Source of the DNA: Nitrospirales bacterium
Lineage (GTDB): Bacteria; Nitrospirota; Nitrospiria; Nitrospirales; UBA8639
Direction of reading: 5' to 3'
Assembly (NCBI GenBank): GCA_963555755.3
Contig: OY820905.2
Location: 2,016,001 to 2,080,000, forward strand
DNA length: 64,000 bases
Numbering within the stretch: position 1 is the stretch's first letter; every line of letters begins with the position of its first letter. The translations under genes were made by a program, and so were the position numbers. The notes beneath the pieces were generated by a model. The model was not told the DNA's origin, did no database searches, and saw nothing but the letters and a program-made list of their open reading frames with translations. Shown piece after piece: positions 10,685-20,952 of this stretch.

Positions 10685-10819
10685 TTTTTCCTCCTGCCAC
10701 CGGCAGAATGTTGGAAAGGTTGTTAGGAATTGAAAAAATTTTTGGAATTATTCAACGGTCCCGTTCCTCAAAACCCACCAAAGAATTATACGATTATTCC
10801 CGGTACCTGCTTTACAAAG

Positions 10820-10858
10820 AAAAGGAGCGTGTCAACTTTACGCTGACACGCTCCTTTT
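10820..10858. terminator. Intrinsic terminator (probably bidirectional)
   Basis: Stem AAAAGGAGCGTGTCA / TGACACGCTCCTTTT downstream of 10887..11642. Confidence 0.8.
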
Positions 10859-10886
10859 TACAAACAACAACAGACTCAACCGCTAA

Positions 10887-11642
10887 TTACTGAACCGTAC
10901 CCTTGTCCATATTGTTCCGATCAGCACCGTAGTCCGTAGCGATGGTTTTACTCGTTCGCTTGTTGACCGTGTCCGGTTGTGGAGCACATTGCCAGCAAGG
11001 ACCGGCACCCGTGATCACGCCGACGGTCGAGGTAATTCCACCCTGGACAACACCTTCTTGCATGCCACCTGCTGGAACACCTGTGTACCCGGCAGTTGCG
11101 GTGCGGATACCACGATATTTATCCGGATCTGGTCTTTGCCCTAACCCACCACCGAAATCTGGATTGTCTGCACCGCCCAACAATTGAGAGCCATCGATGA
11201 CGACCACTCCCTCTACCACTCTACGACCAGTACTAAATTTGTGTGTGGCATCGGTTTCCTGTCTCAGTGTCACCGACACATAGTCCCCTTGTTTGATGGC
11301 CCTTAAATTCTCGTAGTTAGTATTCTCATTAAAATACAGGGTCTGTAAATTGAGACCCCCACGAAGAGTTTGTCGTTCATCGTGAGAACTTCCGCCCATA
11401 TCGATGAACAACCGGCCACTAGATAAATCGACGCCAACAACTTCTCCATGCACAGTTTCTGGTTGTGACAAATATCGTAGCATGTCACCCTGATCCATAA
11501 CCCGAGATCTGTCGCCAACACCTTGTGATTCACCAACACCCGTACCGTAACCAACGTGTTGCGGCGCACGCTCTTGCGCCATTGCCATGCTGACTGAGCC
11601 TGCAAGAATGATAGCTGCTCCAAGATACCCTAACTTCCGCAT
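10887..11642 (-). CDS. Exported hypothetical protein with a C-terminal CWQC
   Basis: AGGAGGAG RBS, signal peptide MRKLGYLGAAIILAGSVSMAMA, own promoter and terminator. Confidence 0.8.
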   Translation of the reverse strand: MRKLGYLGAAIILAGSVSMAMAQERAPQHVGYGTGVGESQGVGDRSRVMDQGDMLRYLSQPETVHGEVVGVDLSSGRLFIDMGGSSHDERQTLRGGLNLQTLYFNENTNYENLRAIKQGDYVSVTLRQETDATHKFSTGRRVVEGVVVIDGSQLLGGADNPDFGGGLGQRPDPDKYRGIRTATAGYTGVPAGGMQEGVVQGGITSTVGVITGAGPCWQCAPQPDTVNKRTSKTIATDYGADRNNMDKGTVQ

Positions 11643-11736
11643 GTGGCTCCTCCTTAGGAAGATGAAGTTAATAATCAAAGATTAATGCCTATGAATGATA
11701 CCCTATTGAACCTTCATGTAAAGCCAAGAGGGGGTA

Positions 11737-11765
11737 ACTATAGTGATGTCTTCAAGCGCTGTCAA
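11737..11765 (-). promoter_or_regulatory. Near-consensus sigma70 promoter
   Basis: TTGACA-N17-TATAGT on the minus strand. Confidence 0.7.
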
Positions 11766-11918
11766 GGGTGTTTTTCCTTAAAAATATCTTGAAACACAGT
11801 AAATTGCCTTGAGAAAACGCCCCACTTTCATTTTGAGGTTATAAACCTATTTTTCTCTTGAGTCCAGCCATCATTATTAATTATTGAAAAATCTAAGCCT
11901 CTGAAATGAAACAACAAA

Positions 11919-12005
11919 TGGTGCCCGGACCGAGGGTCGAACTCGGACTCCCTTGCGAGAACCAGATTTTGAGTCTGGCGCGTCTGCCAGTTCCGCCATC
12001 CGGGC
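11919..12005 (-). tRNA. tRNA-Leu(CAA)
   Basis: GCCCGGA acceptor stem, anticodon arm CCAGA-CTCAAAA-TCTGG, long variable arm, GTTCGA T-loop, encoded CCA. Confidence 0.97.
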
Positions 12006-12166
12006 ATAGGCTAATAACCCACAATTTCTAACATGATCCCCTAGTCACGTCAATGAATGACGCATGAGCTTTTCAGAATTTCTTTTCCCGTGATATGATT
12101 CAGTACATTCCAACCACGAGTCATTATCATGAATCGTTTTTATAGAGTAGAAAAAGGAGATAGTCT

Positions 12167-12439
12167 ATGCCAGAGATTCAATGTTTACGCTGCGAAAAAA
12201 CCGCGGAGATGATGACAGAAAACCTGTTTTTAGGAAAATTGGAAAAAGAAATAAAAAAAAGTGTCTGTGAGGCATGTTGGACTGAATGGGTGAAACCAGG
12301 TGGGGCCAAGACCATGGTCATTAATGAATACCAGCTTAACCTTGGAGATGAAAACGGTCGCGCTACGCTCAAAAAACAATTGCGGGCATTTTTTAAACTC
12401 CCGGATGCCGAGGTTGAGTTTAAAGATTACCGAACCTGA
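12167..12439 (+). CDS. Fe(II)-trafficking / Fe-S protection protein, YggX-like
   Basis: C..C N-terminus, VCEACWTEW and MVINEYQLNL motifs. Confidence 0.8.
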   Translation: MPEIQCLRCEKTAEMMTENLFLGKLEKEIKKSVCEACWTEWVKPGGAKTMVINEYQLNLGDENGRATLKKQLRAFFKLPDAEVEFKDYRT

Positions 12440-12553
12440 TAACAGGTTTGCCCTGGCTACTTTGAGTCAGGAAAAGACTACTTAGACGCGTTTTCTCAAA
12501 CCGAAGAAGGAAGCAGAATTCGTTTCTGCAACCGGGCTAGAAAGTTTTGGCAC

Positions 12554-13114
12554 ATGGACACACCGCTTGGAAAAGGAATTTTTCTTATTGCAACCCCCAG
12601 CCTTCGGGAGCCAAACTTCCGCCAAACGGTGGTGCTGCTCTGTGAGCATGGAGAGGAAGGGGCGCTGGGCGTGGTGATCAACCGCCAAACCGAGATGAAC
12701 ATCACCGAGGTCCTCCCCCAGGTCCCCATTCTCGAAGGCCAAAACCATATGGTGTTTGAGGGTGGCCCAGTCCAACGCAATCATTTATTAATTTTGTACA
12801 AGACCCCGGAGGGTCCAGAAGATACCCATCATGTATTTGATGGCGTGTATCTTGGCGGCAATATGACCGCCCTGGAAGACATCTTAAAGAATCCGTTCAG
12901 CCAGGCTAACTTTCGCGCCTTCATGGGGTACTCAGGCTGGGCACCCGGCCAATTAGAATCCGAAATGGAAATCGGATCCTGGCTCACGCTGCCTGCCGAC
13001 TCTTCCTTTATGTTTGATCGAGATCATACCCGCCTCTGGGGTGACATCTTACGGTCTCTAGGAGATCAATACGCGATCTATACGGATATGCCTACCGACC
13101 CACAGATGAACTAA
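12554..13114 (+). CDS. YqgE/AlgH family protein
   Basis: LIATPSL..PNF, GGPV and GYSGWAPGQLESE motifs. Confidence 0.92.
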   Translation: MDTPLGKGIFLIATPSLREPNFRQTVVLLCEHGEEGALGVVINRQTEMNITEVLPQVPILEGQNHMVFEGGPVQRNHLLILYKTPEGPEDTHHVFDGVYLGGNMTALEDILKNPFSQANFRAFMGYSGWAPGQLESEMEIGSWLTLPADSSFMFDRDHTRLWGDILRSLGDQYAIYTDMPTDPQMN

Positions 13115-13122
13115 CCCGCCAA

Positions 13123-16008
13123 TTAGAGCTTTCTCTTACGCTGCAAAACCAATTCCCCAAGGCAAGGCCGCAAAAATTGCCCTGTGTACGAACGCTTGAT
13201 CCCTACTACATCTTCAGGCCGGCCTTCCGCTACAATCGTCCCCCCCTTATCACCGCCTCCAGGCCCAAGATCAATAATCCAATCCGCTGATTTAATCACA
13301 TCAAGCTGATGTTCCACCACAATGACCGAATTGCCGGCCTCGACCAATCGACCCAGCATCTCCAATAATTTCTGAACATCAGCAAGATGGAGCCCTGTTG
13401 TGGGTTCATCCAGGATATATAGAACACCACGATCAAGTGATGCAGGATCAGGAATGTGAGAAGCATTTTTGGCCTTGCGCTTTTCAGACACCGATGCCAG
13501 CTCGGCAGCCATCTTTAACCGTTGAGCTTCCCCTCCGGACAGGCTAGGGGCAGATTGACCCAATCGGAGGTAGCCAAGCCCAATGTCAAGAAGAAGTCCC
13601 AACACGCGCTGCAAACCCACTGCCGCCCCACGAAATACCTGCTGCGCCTCTTGCACCGTGAGACCAAGGATCTCGTCAATGGAATACCCGCGCCATCGCA
13701 CCTGAAGCACCTCAGGGGTAAAACGACGACCCTCACACGTCTCACACGTCACGTATAAATCCTCGAAAAAATACATTTCGAGCTTTTCCAACCCATTCCC
13801 CTGGCACCGCTGGCACCGGCCCAATCCCGAATTAAAGGAAAAATGCGACGGCGTTAGCCCACGTTGTTTCGCGGCAAAGGTTTCAGCAAACAGTTGCCGG
13901 ATGTGCTGAAAGGCTTTCATATACGTGATGGGATTCGACCGCGGCGTTCGGCCAATCGGTGCCTGATTGATCATCCGAATCGTTCGCAACTGACTCAGAC
14001 CCTCGATTTTATCAAATCGCCCCATCGGCAGAAATTGTACCCCAAAGGCTCGGGCGGCAGCCCGATACAATGTCTGTTCAACCAACGTACTTTTCCCTGA
14101 TCCCGAGACCCCCGTCACACACACAAGCATCCCTAGAGGAAACCGAACCGTCAGGTGTTGCAGATTATTCGCCCGCGCGCCATGAAGGGTCACGAACCGT
14201 CCGCTGTCCGGGCGTCGCACCTGGGGAATAGGAATCTGCTTTTCACCTCGGAGATATTGAGCAGTTAACGCATGAGGATGCATCATGAATTGCTCGCGCG
14301 GAGCCGAGCATACGATCGTCCCGCCTTGCTCACCAGCCAACGGACCAAGCTCAATCACATGATCGGCTTGCTCGATGACCTGACGATCATGCTCCACAAC
14401 CACCACCGTATTCCCGCGATGTGCCAGCTCTTGTAAAATTGTGGCCAACGTGGCCGTGTCCCGCGCATGAAGGCCAATCGTGGGCTCATCCAACACATAC
14501 AGCGTGCCAACAAGATGAGAGCCCAGTTGATTGGCCAGAGAAATGCGTTGGGCTTCACCGCCAGAGAGCGAGCGGGTTTCCCGCAGGAGCGTAAGGTAAT
14601 CCAAACCGACTCGCAAAAGAAATTCGAGTTTATGGCACACACGAGGGAGCAGGTCACGGGTAAGATCAGCTTCAAATGCCGTGAGGGGAAAGTCCTTCAA
14701 CCATTCATCCAATTGCCCCACAGTCCATTGAGAAACTTCATGAATATTTCGACCGTGAATTTTGACATTCAAGGCCTCCGGTTTCAGCCGGCTTCCTTCA
14801 CAAGACGGACACGAAACCGGACTGCGATACCGGCTCAACAACACTCGCACATGAAGTTTATAACGCTTGCCTTCGAGCGTCGAAAAAAACTTGTCGATCC
14901 CCTTGAGCCCCTTCGCCCCCTTCCACAGTAACGCACGATGTTCATCACTCAATTTGTGATACGGTGTCGTGATGTCGATCTCGTACTGCTTGGCCCCACG
15001 CAACAACTGATGCTGCCACCAGAGAGCCGAAGGCTTGGTCCAGGGTTCAATCGCACCCGCAGCCAACGAACGCGAGGGATCAGGCACCACCAACGCCTCG
15101 TCATAGCGCAACACATTGCCAAACCCTTTGCATTTCGGACAGGCGCCTAATGGATGATTGTACGAAAAGAAAACCGGACGTTGAGGCGCCGCTTTGTATC
15201 CACAGGTTTTGCAACGCGCTTCGGCGCTATAAAGGAAGGAGCCTTGGTCAATCACATCGACCCGACACTGGCCCTCACCTTCCCGATACGCTCCTTCCAC
15301 CGCTTCCATCACACGAGAGCGATTATCTGGCCGAAGCACCAATCGATCGAGAACCACATAAAAAAGTTTGGGCCAGCGTTTGGGTAAGGGATCCGAACCA
15401 TCCAAGGACAACACTTTCTCTTTTACAAGGACGCGAACAAATCCTCGACGAAGCAACCAGTCCACAACGGACACATCTTTCGAGATCTTCAATCCCGCAA
15501 GCGGAAATAACACCATGGCCCGGCCTTGTGGAAAGTTATCCAACAACCCGTCCACAACCGCTTCCGGCAAATCCGCGCGAACCTCAACTTGACAGGTAGG
15601 ACAAATAGGTCGGCCCATTGTCGCAAACAAGAGACGGAGATGATCGGCGATCTCAGTGGCCGTCCCGACTGTCGAACGAGCCGTTCGAACGGAGTTCTTC
15701 TGTTCAATCGCAATGGCTGGACGAATGTTCTCGATATGGTCAACCTCGGGCCGGTCTAATCGCTCCACAAACATCCGCGTATACGTCGAGAGTGATTCAA
15801 TAAAACGCCACTGCCCTTCCGCAAACAACGTGTCAAACGCCAGCGACGACTTCCCCGACCCCGACACCCCCGTCACCACCGTCACAGCATTGTGCGGAAT
15901 CGAGACAGAAATATTGCGGAGATTGTTCTGCCGCGCGCCACGAATGATAATTGCGTTTTGAGTTTGTCGTTCTGTCACGACCTGGTATTTCTCATCTCGT
16001 TTGGACAT
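13123..16008 (-). CDS. uvrA: Excinuclease ABC subunit A
   Basis: Two ABC ATPase domains (GVSGSGKS x2, LSGGEAQR x2) and CxxC zinc fingers. Confidence 0.93.
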   Translation of the reverse strand: MSKRDEKYQVVTERQTQNAIIIRGARQNNLRNISVSIPHNAVTVVTGVSGSGKSSLAFDTLFAEGQWRFIESLSTYTRMFVERLDRPEVDHIENIRPAIAIEQKNSVRTARSTVGTATEIADHLRLLFATMGRPICPTCQVEVRADLPEAVVDGLLDNFPQGRAMVLFPLAGLKISKDVSVVDWLLRRGFVRVLVKEKVLSLDGSDPLPKRWPKLFYVVLDRLVLRPDNRSRVMEAVEGAYREGEGQCRVDVIDQGSFLYSAEARCKTCGYKAAPQRPVFFSYNHPLGACPKCKGFGNVLRYDEALVVPDPSRSLAAGAIEPWTKPSALWWQHQLLRGAKQYEIDITTPYHKLSDEHRALLWKGAKGLKGIDKFFSTLEGKRYKLHVRVLLSRYRSPVSCPSCEGSRLKPEALNVKIHGRNIHEVSQWTVGQLDEWLKDFPLTAFEADLTRDLLPRVCHKLEFLLRVGLDYLTLLRETRSLSGGEAQRISLANQLGSHLVGTLYVLDEPTIGLHARDTATLATILQELAHRGNTVVVVEHDRQVIEQADHVIELGPLAGEQGGTIVCSAPREQFMMHPHALTAQYLRGEKQIPIPQVRRPDSGRFVTLHGARANNLQHLTVRFPLGMLVCVTGVSGSGKSTLVEQTLYRAAARAFGVQFLPMGRFDKIEGLSQLRTIRMINQAPIGRTPRSNPITYMKAFQHIRQLFAETFAAKQRGLTPSHFSFNSGLGRCQRCQGNGLEKLEMYFFEDLYVTCETCEGRRFTPEVLQVRWRGYSIDEILGLTVQEAQQVFRGAAVGLQRVLGLLLDIGLGYLRLGQSAPSLSGGEAQRLKMAAELASVSEKRKAKNASHIPDPASLDRGVLYILDEPTTGLHLADVQKLLEMLGRLVEAGNSVIVVEHQLDVIKSADWIIDLGPGGGDKGGTIVAEGRPEDVVGIKRSYTGQFLRPCLGELVLQRKRKL

Positions 16009-16116
16009 ACCACAAGATCTCATACGCTCAGCAGCAATAGATGTAGGAGTTCTTTACAGTTTGAAGGGGGAAATTTCAAAGAGATGGGATTATGGAGGCC
16101 GAGTTTATTATTTCAT

Positions 16117-16196
16117 CCTAGAAACAGCAGTTGGGCGCAAAAAAAGCCGCGTAAGAAATTGGTGTGCATTGTGAAAGAAAAAAGTCGTGGTCACCT
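16117..16196 (-). mobile_element. MITE family D end fragment
   Basis: CCTAGAAACAGCAGTTGGGCGCAAAAAA...GTCGTGGTCACC, the reverse complement of the D right end. Confidence 0.75.
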
Positions 16197-16197
16197 C

Positions 16198-16388
16198 AAT
16201 CTTATCTATGCTCTTAGAAATGCTGGTTTTGAAATCGTGCGGCAAAAGTGTGGTCATGTGAGTCTTCAAAACAGGGCAAACAACTCTGTCGTGCGGCTGC
16301 ACGATGAACTTGCTAAAGGAACGCTTTGGGTATCCTCAACCAATGGGGATTGAGCAAAGAAGATCTTATCGGATTTCTAAAAAAGTGA
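16198..16388 (+). pseudogene. hicA: HicA-type toxin remnant
   Basis: LIYALRNAGFEIVRQKCGHVSL...LHDELAKGTL, then a frameshift to GILNQWGLSKEDLIGFL; the 5' end is replaced by MITE D. Confidence 0.7.
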
Positions 16389-16414
16389 AGCTCCCTGCAC
16401 TTTGGGCGGAGGCT

Positions 16415-16849
16415 TCACTCGAATGGATTTTGGACATCCAGGAAGTCAAATTTTCTAAAGTCCCTATCGGTTGTATACAGCTTCCTCACATCGTGTTGCC
16501 GCAATAGGCTGACTAGATGCGCATCGGGCACCAAATTGCCCCGGACAGGAAAATTACCGGTGACCTCTCCATAGACATCCAGGAATCCGTCGGCCTCGGA
16601 CAAGGGTCGAACATGCGGAACTTGGAGGAGAGTCCGAATATTGGTTAACGCTTCCTGCGCAGATAAGGGATGGGTGAAGATTTTAGGATGAGTGGAAATA
16701 CGAAGGTAAGCCATCAGGGTTGGCCATGCCACATACCACATTTCAGTATGAATAGAACAGGTACGAAGAAATTCTATGGCGGATTCATGAAAAGGACTGG
16801 TGCGATCAGAGGCGTAGAGGAGGACATTGGCGTCAACGGCATAACTCAC
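16415..16849 (-). CDS. vapC: VapC PIN-domain toxin
   Basis: VDANVLLYA, GNLVPDAHL and TDRDF motifs. Confidence 0.9.
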   Translation of the reverse strand: MSYAVDANVLLYASDRTSPFHESAIEFLRTCSIHTEMWYVAWPTLMAYLRISTHPKIFTHPLSAQEALTNIRTLLQVPHVRPLSEADGFLDVYGEVTGNFPVRGNLVPDAHLVSLLRQHDVRKLYTTDRDFRKFDFLDVQNPFE

Positions 16850-17085
16850 TTTTTGCCCTGGTCGAGGACTGAGTAAACTGTCTCTTTGTCAGTTAGGTCA
16901 ATTGTCGCGTTCATGGCACGAGTGACCCATTGGAGTTTGGCCGGCTTGTGGGCTTTAGTTCTCCGGGATAAGGCTTCAGCCAACAATTGGGACATGATTT
17001 GCCCCAACGAGCGTTTCTCCTTTTTTTGGAGAGACTTGAGTTCCTTTAAAATTGGGGCATCGATATCAACGGTGGTTCTAGCCAT
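16846..17085 (-). CDS. vapB: VapB antitoxin (RHH)
   Basis: MARTTVDID RHH start; 4-nt overlap with vapC; TTGACA-N17-TATCAT promoter at 17095-17123. Confidence 0.85.
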   Translation of the reverse strand: MARTTVDIDAPILKELKSLQKKEKRSLGQIMSQLLAEALSRRTKAHKPAKLQWVTRAMNATIDLTDKETVYSVLDQGKK

Positions 17086-17309
17086 GATGCAATGATGATA
17101 GGTCTGGGAACATCTGATGTCAAGAAAAAGAGCACCAAAGCACAGACAACGATTTCGTGACACCGAAAAGTACGAGGACCTGCCCTAGAACGACCAGCGC
17201 CCCCGGCAATTAGCAGGGATCCAGGTTATGAAATAGAGCGAGAAACACGCGAGGTTCCCACCCGCACATCCAGAACAATCTCGCCATACCCTACGCCATC
17301 TCAGCTTCT

Positions 17310-17709
17310 TATTGGTGTGCATGGTGAAATATCGATGGTGATGAGACATTTTTGTATTTTGGCTGGTGCGCCAAGAAGCCTGTCCGAGATTAGGGATCGT
17401 CACGAGGATGTGCTGGTTTGAGTCAGATGTTTCGATCGTTTGAGGCGAATATTGGTGACTATTTAACGAAAACGGGGAATGTTCAAAAAGGCCGTCCAGC
17501 AAGGCCGCAGGGCTTTTGGCGCGCGGAGCGTACACGGAGTACGTGAGCACGCCAAAAGCCCGAGAACGCAGCTGGCGGCCTTTTTCAACATTCCCCGAAA
17601 AGGATCGGAAGATCTGGCCATACCCAGCGTACCCGCAGTAGATCCGTCTAATCTTGGACAGGCTCCTACAGCTTGCGCGGACCTTTGTGATCCAACTGCT
17701 GTTTCTAGG
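17310..17709 (-). mobile_element. Nested MITE: D (partial) containing E (17375-17666) containing B (17474-17596)
   Basis: Reverse-complement homology to 21162-22044; D end GTTTCTAGG followed by TTGAA. Confidence 0.8.
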
Positions 17710-17723
17710 TTGAATGTGGCACC

Positions 17724-17978
17724 CTACCGATAGACATCTTTGCGATCCCCAAATTTTAATACCAGAACAATCAACTGCTTGTCTTGGATTTCATAAATAA
17801 CCCGAAGGTTGCCTGCCCGCCAACGATATAAACCTTTGAATTCCCCGCTCAACGCTTTGCCCTTATAGGGATCTTTGGCTAAATTCCGTTGGATGTTGTC
17901 CAGAACTCGTTTTTGGACAGATTTCGAAAGTTTCTGCAGATCTTTTTTTACAGATTTTTTAAATCGGATCTCAAACAC
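17724..17978 (-). CDS. relE: RelE/ParE family toxin
   Basis: KDLQKL...GKALSGEFKGLYRWRAGNLRVIY. Confidence 0.9.
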   Translation of the reverse strand: MFEIRFKKSVKKDLQKLSKSVQKRVLDNIQRNLAKDPYKGKALSGEFKGLYRWRAGNLRVIYEIQDKQLIVLVLKFGDRKDVYR

Positions 17979-18186
17979 CGAGCGCTTTCCTCATTTGCGC
18001 CATCGTCCAGATTTCATCATCCTTATCAGCCCGACGAGCCAGGGCAATTTGATAATCTTCATATTCCTGAAGGTAGAGTTCCAATGCTTTTTTAATAAAA
18101 TAGCTTTTAGGACGTTCCGTCTCTTTCGCCAATCGTCGAAGTTTACGATCTAATTGGTCTTCTACTCTCACAGTTAAGGTTGCCAT
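17971..18186 (-). CDS. relB: RelB-like RHH antitoxin
   Basis: MATLTVRV..LAKETERPKSYFIKKAL; overlaps the toxin. Confidence 0.88.
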   Translation of the reverse strand: MATLTVRVEDQLDRKLRRLAKETERPKSYFIKKALELYLQEYEDYQIALARRADKDDEIWTMAQMRKALGV

Positions 18187-18306
18187 TATTCCCTCCAGTA
18201 ATATGGACGCATACTTGTAATACTATAGCATACATGACTGTCGGACAAGGGCATTAGAAACATTGGAACACTTCGATGGATGGGACGTGCAGCTTGGTAT
18301 TTTAAA

Positions 18307-18464
18307 AAAATGGGACAGATTAATTTTCCCAGCGAAAACTAACTGGCGATTATGACCTCATTGGATCACATGATGAGGGAAATTTGGGAGAATGATCCGA
18401 GCGTTACGCAGCCTGGGGGGCAAGGCTAGCAAACCTCTGCCAGAAAATAAATCTGTCCCCTTTT
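18307..18464. repeat. 22-bp imperfect inverted-repeat element
   Basis: AAAATGGGACAGATTAATTTTC / GAAAATAAATCTGTCCCCTTTT. Confidence 0.55.
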
Positions 18465-18503
18465 CCTAAGCCCACGAAAGAAATCGAAACTGACCCCATT
18501 TAT

Positions 18504-19299
18504 GGTTCTGTCGCAAATAGCGGAGTGTGTTAACCTGAGGCTATTTGAGGGGGAGCCCATCATGGCAGCCATATCCTTCAAAGGCCGGCATTTTCAGCAA
18601 GACATGATCCTGCAAAGCGTTCGTTGGTATCTCGCATATTCCCTCAGTTACCGGGACATCGAAGAATTGATGCAAGAACGTGGCTTCTCTGTTGATCACA
18701 GCACTATTAATCGCTGGGTCCTTCATTACTCCCCACAACTGGAAGCCGCCTTTCGGCTTAAAAAGAAGCGTGCTGGCACTCGGTGGAGAATGGATGAAAC
18801 CTACATTAAGGTAAAGGGCCAATGGAAATATTATTATCGGGCCATTGATAAGCAAGGGAATACCATCGATTTTCTCTTGACCGCAGCACGAGATACACAG
18901 GCTGCCTTACGCTTTTTGAAGAAAGCCATCAATGAAAACGGTAAACCGAGTCTGGTGAATATCGATCAGAGTGGTGCGAACAAAGCTGGCCTGAAACAGT
19001 TGAATCGAGATTATAATAAACGTATTAAAATCCGTCAGTGCAACTATCTGAACAATATTATCGAGCAAGACCACCGACGCATCAAAAGGCTCACACGACC
19101 GATGTTAGGCTTCAAAAACTTTTATGCGGCCCAACAGACGTTAGCGGGCATTGAAGTCATGGCAATGATCAAGAAAGGTCAGATAAAAACGCCGGCGGGA
19201 GACGCGACCTCTCCTGCCGAACGGTTCTATGCCCTCGCCGCGTAGTGCAGGCCATCCATCAAATGCTTTTCGTCTTGATCGAGTATTTGCGACAGAACC
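18504..19299 (+). mobile_element. IS6 family insertion sequence
   Basis: TIR GGTTCTGTCGCAAATA / TATTTGCGACAGAACC; no flanking TSD. Confidence 0.93.
18562..19245 (+). CDS. IS6 family transposase
   Basis: FKGRHF, WRMDETY, NIDQS and NNIIEQDH: intact DDE triad. Confidence 0.95.
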   Translation: MAAISFKGRHFQQDMILQSVRWYLAYSLSYRDIEELMQERGFSVDHSTINRWVLHYSPQLEAAFRLKKKRAGTRWRMDETYIKVKGQWKYYYRAIDKQGNTIDFLLTAARDTQAALRFLKKAINENGKPSLVNIDQSGANKAGLKQLNRDYNKRIKIRQCNYLNNIIEQDHRRIKRLTRPMLGFKNFYAAQQTLAGIEVMAMIKKGQIKTPAGDATSPAERFYALAA

Positions 19300-19429
19300 A
19301 AATGCCGCGGTGGGTGAAGTAGGAAGGAACGTTCTAAGTGAAACGGTATACGCGGCATAGGATCCGGCTCCAATTCCTTCCCCTCCCAGGGAAGAATTCA
19401 AGTCTGGCCCCAGTTTTTTAAACCAACTG

Positions 19430-19804
19430 CTACGCAGCCGGTTCGTCGGGAGGTGGATCACCAGGAGGCGGCCCGCTTCGATATAAGCGAATTTCGACTT
19501 TTTCTAGCGTGGCGAGGCCATCGGGGATGGCCTCGTCGATAATCGGCAGAAAGGATTCGATCTTGTCTTTGGTATCGACAATTTCGATCAAGATAGGAAG
19601 GTCATCGGTTAAGCGCAGAATTTTGGTGGTATGTAAATGACTGTGGGCGCCAAATCCCTCAATCCCGCGAAACGCAGTGGCTCCCGCCAGCTTTTGTTCT
19701 CTGGCTTGCTGAATGATCCATTGATACAGTGGTAAATGCCCATGCTTATCCCGTTCACCGATAAAAATTCTGAGTAGATATCCATCCCTGGGGAGAAGCA
19801 TCAA
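19430..19804 (-). CDS. DUF190 (PII-like) protein
   Basis: LRIFIGE, GATAFRGIEGFG and DLPILIEIVD; typical crcB partner. Confidence 0.88.
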   Translation of the reverse strand: MMLLPRDGYLLRIFIGERDKHGHLPLYQWIIQQAREQKLAGATAFRGIEGFGAHSHLHTTKILRLTDDLPILIEIVDTKDKIESFLPIIDEAIPDGLATLEKVEIRLYRSGPPPGDPPPDEPAA

Positions 19805-20185
19805 TCACACCACACGGCCAAGCATATCGCCAAGCCATACCGCGAGTAGGCCAAAGAACACGTGCAAGGATACATTGCCCATCGCCCGAAAGACTTCGGC
19901 ATCTCGAATCAGCGCGAGCGTCTCATAGCCAAACGTGGAAAAGGTCGTAAACCCGCCAAGCATCCCGATCATCAAAAAAAGACGAAGTTCCGGACCGATG
20001 ATCTGCCTCGTTTCGGCCACACCATTCAACACGCCAATACACAAACATCCGACCACATTCACGACGAAGGTGCCAAACGGAAATTCCGACAACGGCATCA
20101 GCCGATGCACAAAACCTGATAGGAGAAACCGAAACACGGACCCGATAAACCCGCCAATTCCAACTATAAAAATTTGCGATGCCAT
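19805..20185 (-). CDS. crcB: Fluoride channel Fluc/CrcB
   Basis: GGFIGSVFR, FPFGTFVVN and GGFTTFSTF motifs. Confidence 0.95.
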   Translation of the reverse strand: MASQIFIVGIGGFIGSVFRFLLSGFVHRLMPLSEFPFGTFVVNVVGCLCIGVLNGVAETRQIIGPELRLFLMIGMLGGFTTFSTFGYETLALIRDAEVFRAMGNVSLHVFFGLLAVWLGDMLGRVV

Positions 20186-20952
20186 CAGCGTGCGTGGGAA
20201 GGCCTTTTTGGCGAACGACTGCCATCAATTTTCCAAAAGGCAATTCCGCCCAACAGACCAGCCATATTGGAAATGAGCGTGACATTCTCAGGCAATTCCA
20301 AGGTAACCTTCCTGGCGTTGCCGCCACCAATATACAACCGATCATAATTAAATAACGCTTCGAGAGATTGGATGGCAAACTCGAGACGTGTGTTCCATTT
20401 CTTTTTGCCGATTTTCTTCAGTACAACATCCCCCAGTTCTTGTTCATAAGTCTTGGTACTTCGAAACGGATGATGCGCAATTTCCAAATTCGGCACGAGT
20501 CGTCCATCCACAAACAACGCCGACCCAAAGCCTGTCCCCAACGTGACCACGAGTTCCACCCCCTCGCCGCGAATCGCGCCAAACCCCTGTACGTCGGCAT
20601 CGTTGGCCGCTCGAACCGGCTTTCCTAACCGCTGTTCGAGGTTATGGACCAGATCAAACCCTTTCCAGGATGGATCAAGATTCGGCGCCGTCGAGGTCAC
20701 GCCTTTACGGATGACCCCTGGGAACCCAACGGACACGCGATCACACGCACCTTGGCCCTTAGCCAATTCGTCAATGGTATCCAAAATGGCCTGAGGGGTC
20801 GCAGGCCTTGGAGTTTTGATCCGCCCACGCTCGGTGATGGGATGACCTGTATCGTCTAACACAATGGCCTTGACTCCGGTCCCACCGATATCAATCGCCA
20901 AAGTTCGCACAGACCGCGTGTGGGGTCCCTCACTTTTCTTTGCCTTCTTCAT
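20185..20952 (-). CDS. ppgK: ROK family polyphosphate glucokinase-like protein
   Basis: IDIGGTGVK, ANDAD, TLGTGFGSALF and PNLEIAH motifs. Confidence 0.8.
   Translation of the reverse strand: MKKAKKSEGPHTRSVRTLAIDIGGTGVKAIVLDDTGHPITERGRIKTPRPATPQAILDTIDELAKGQGACDRVSVGFPGVIRKGVTSTAPNLDPSWKGFDLVHNLEQRLGKPVRAANDADVQGFGAIRGEGVELVVTLGTGFGSALFVDGRLVPNLEIAHHPFRSTKTYEQELGDVVLKKIGKKKWNTRLEFAIQSLEALFNYDRLYIGGGNARKVTLELPENVTLISNMAGLLGGIAFWKIDGSRSPKRPSHAR

Noticed and set aside
11919..12005. tRNA-Leu as an island integration site
   Set aside because: No integrase nearby and no duplicated tRNA 3' end seen in the window.
17185..17733. ORFs such as MLTYSVYAPRAK..., MFKKAVQQGRR... (also 21115-22244, 40783-41181, 45969-46232, 59975-60938)
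   Set aside because: They are translations of the MITE repeats and recur wherever the repeats occur; there is no evidence they are genes.
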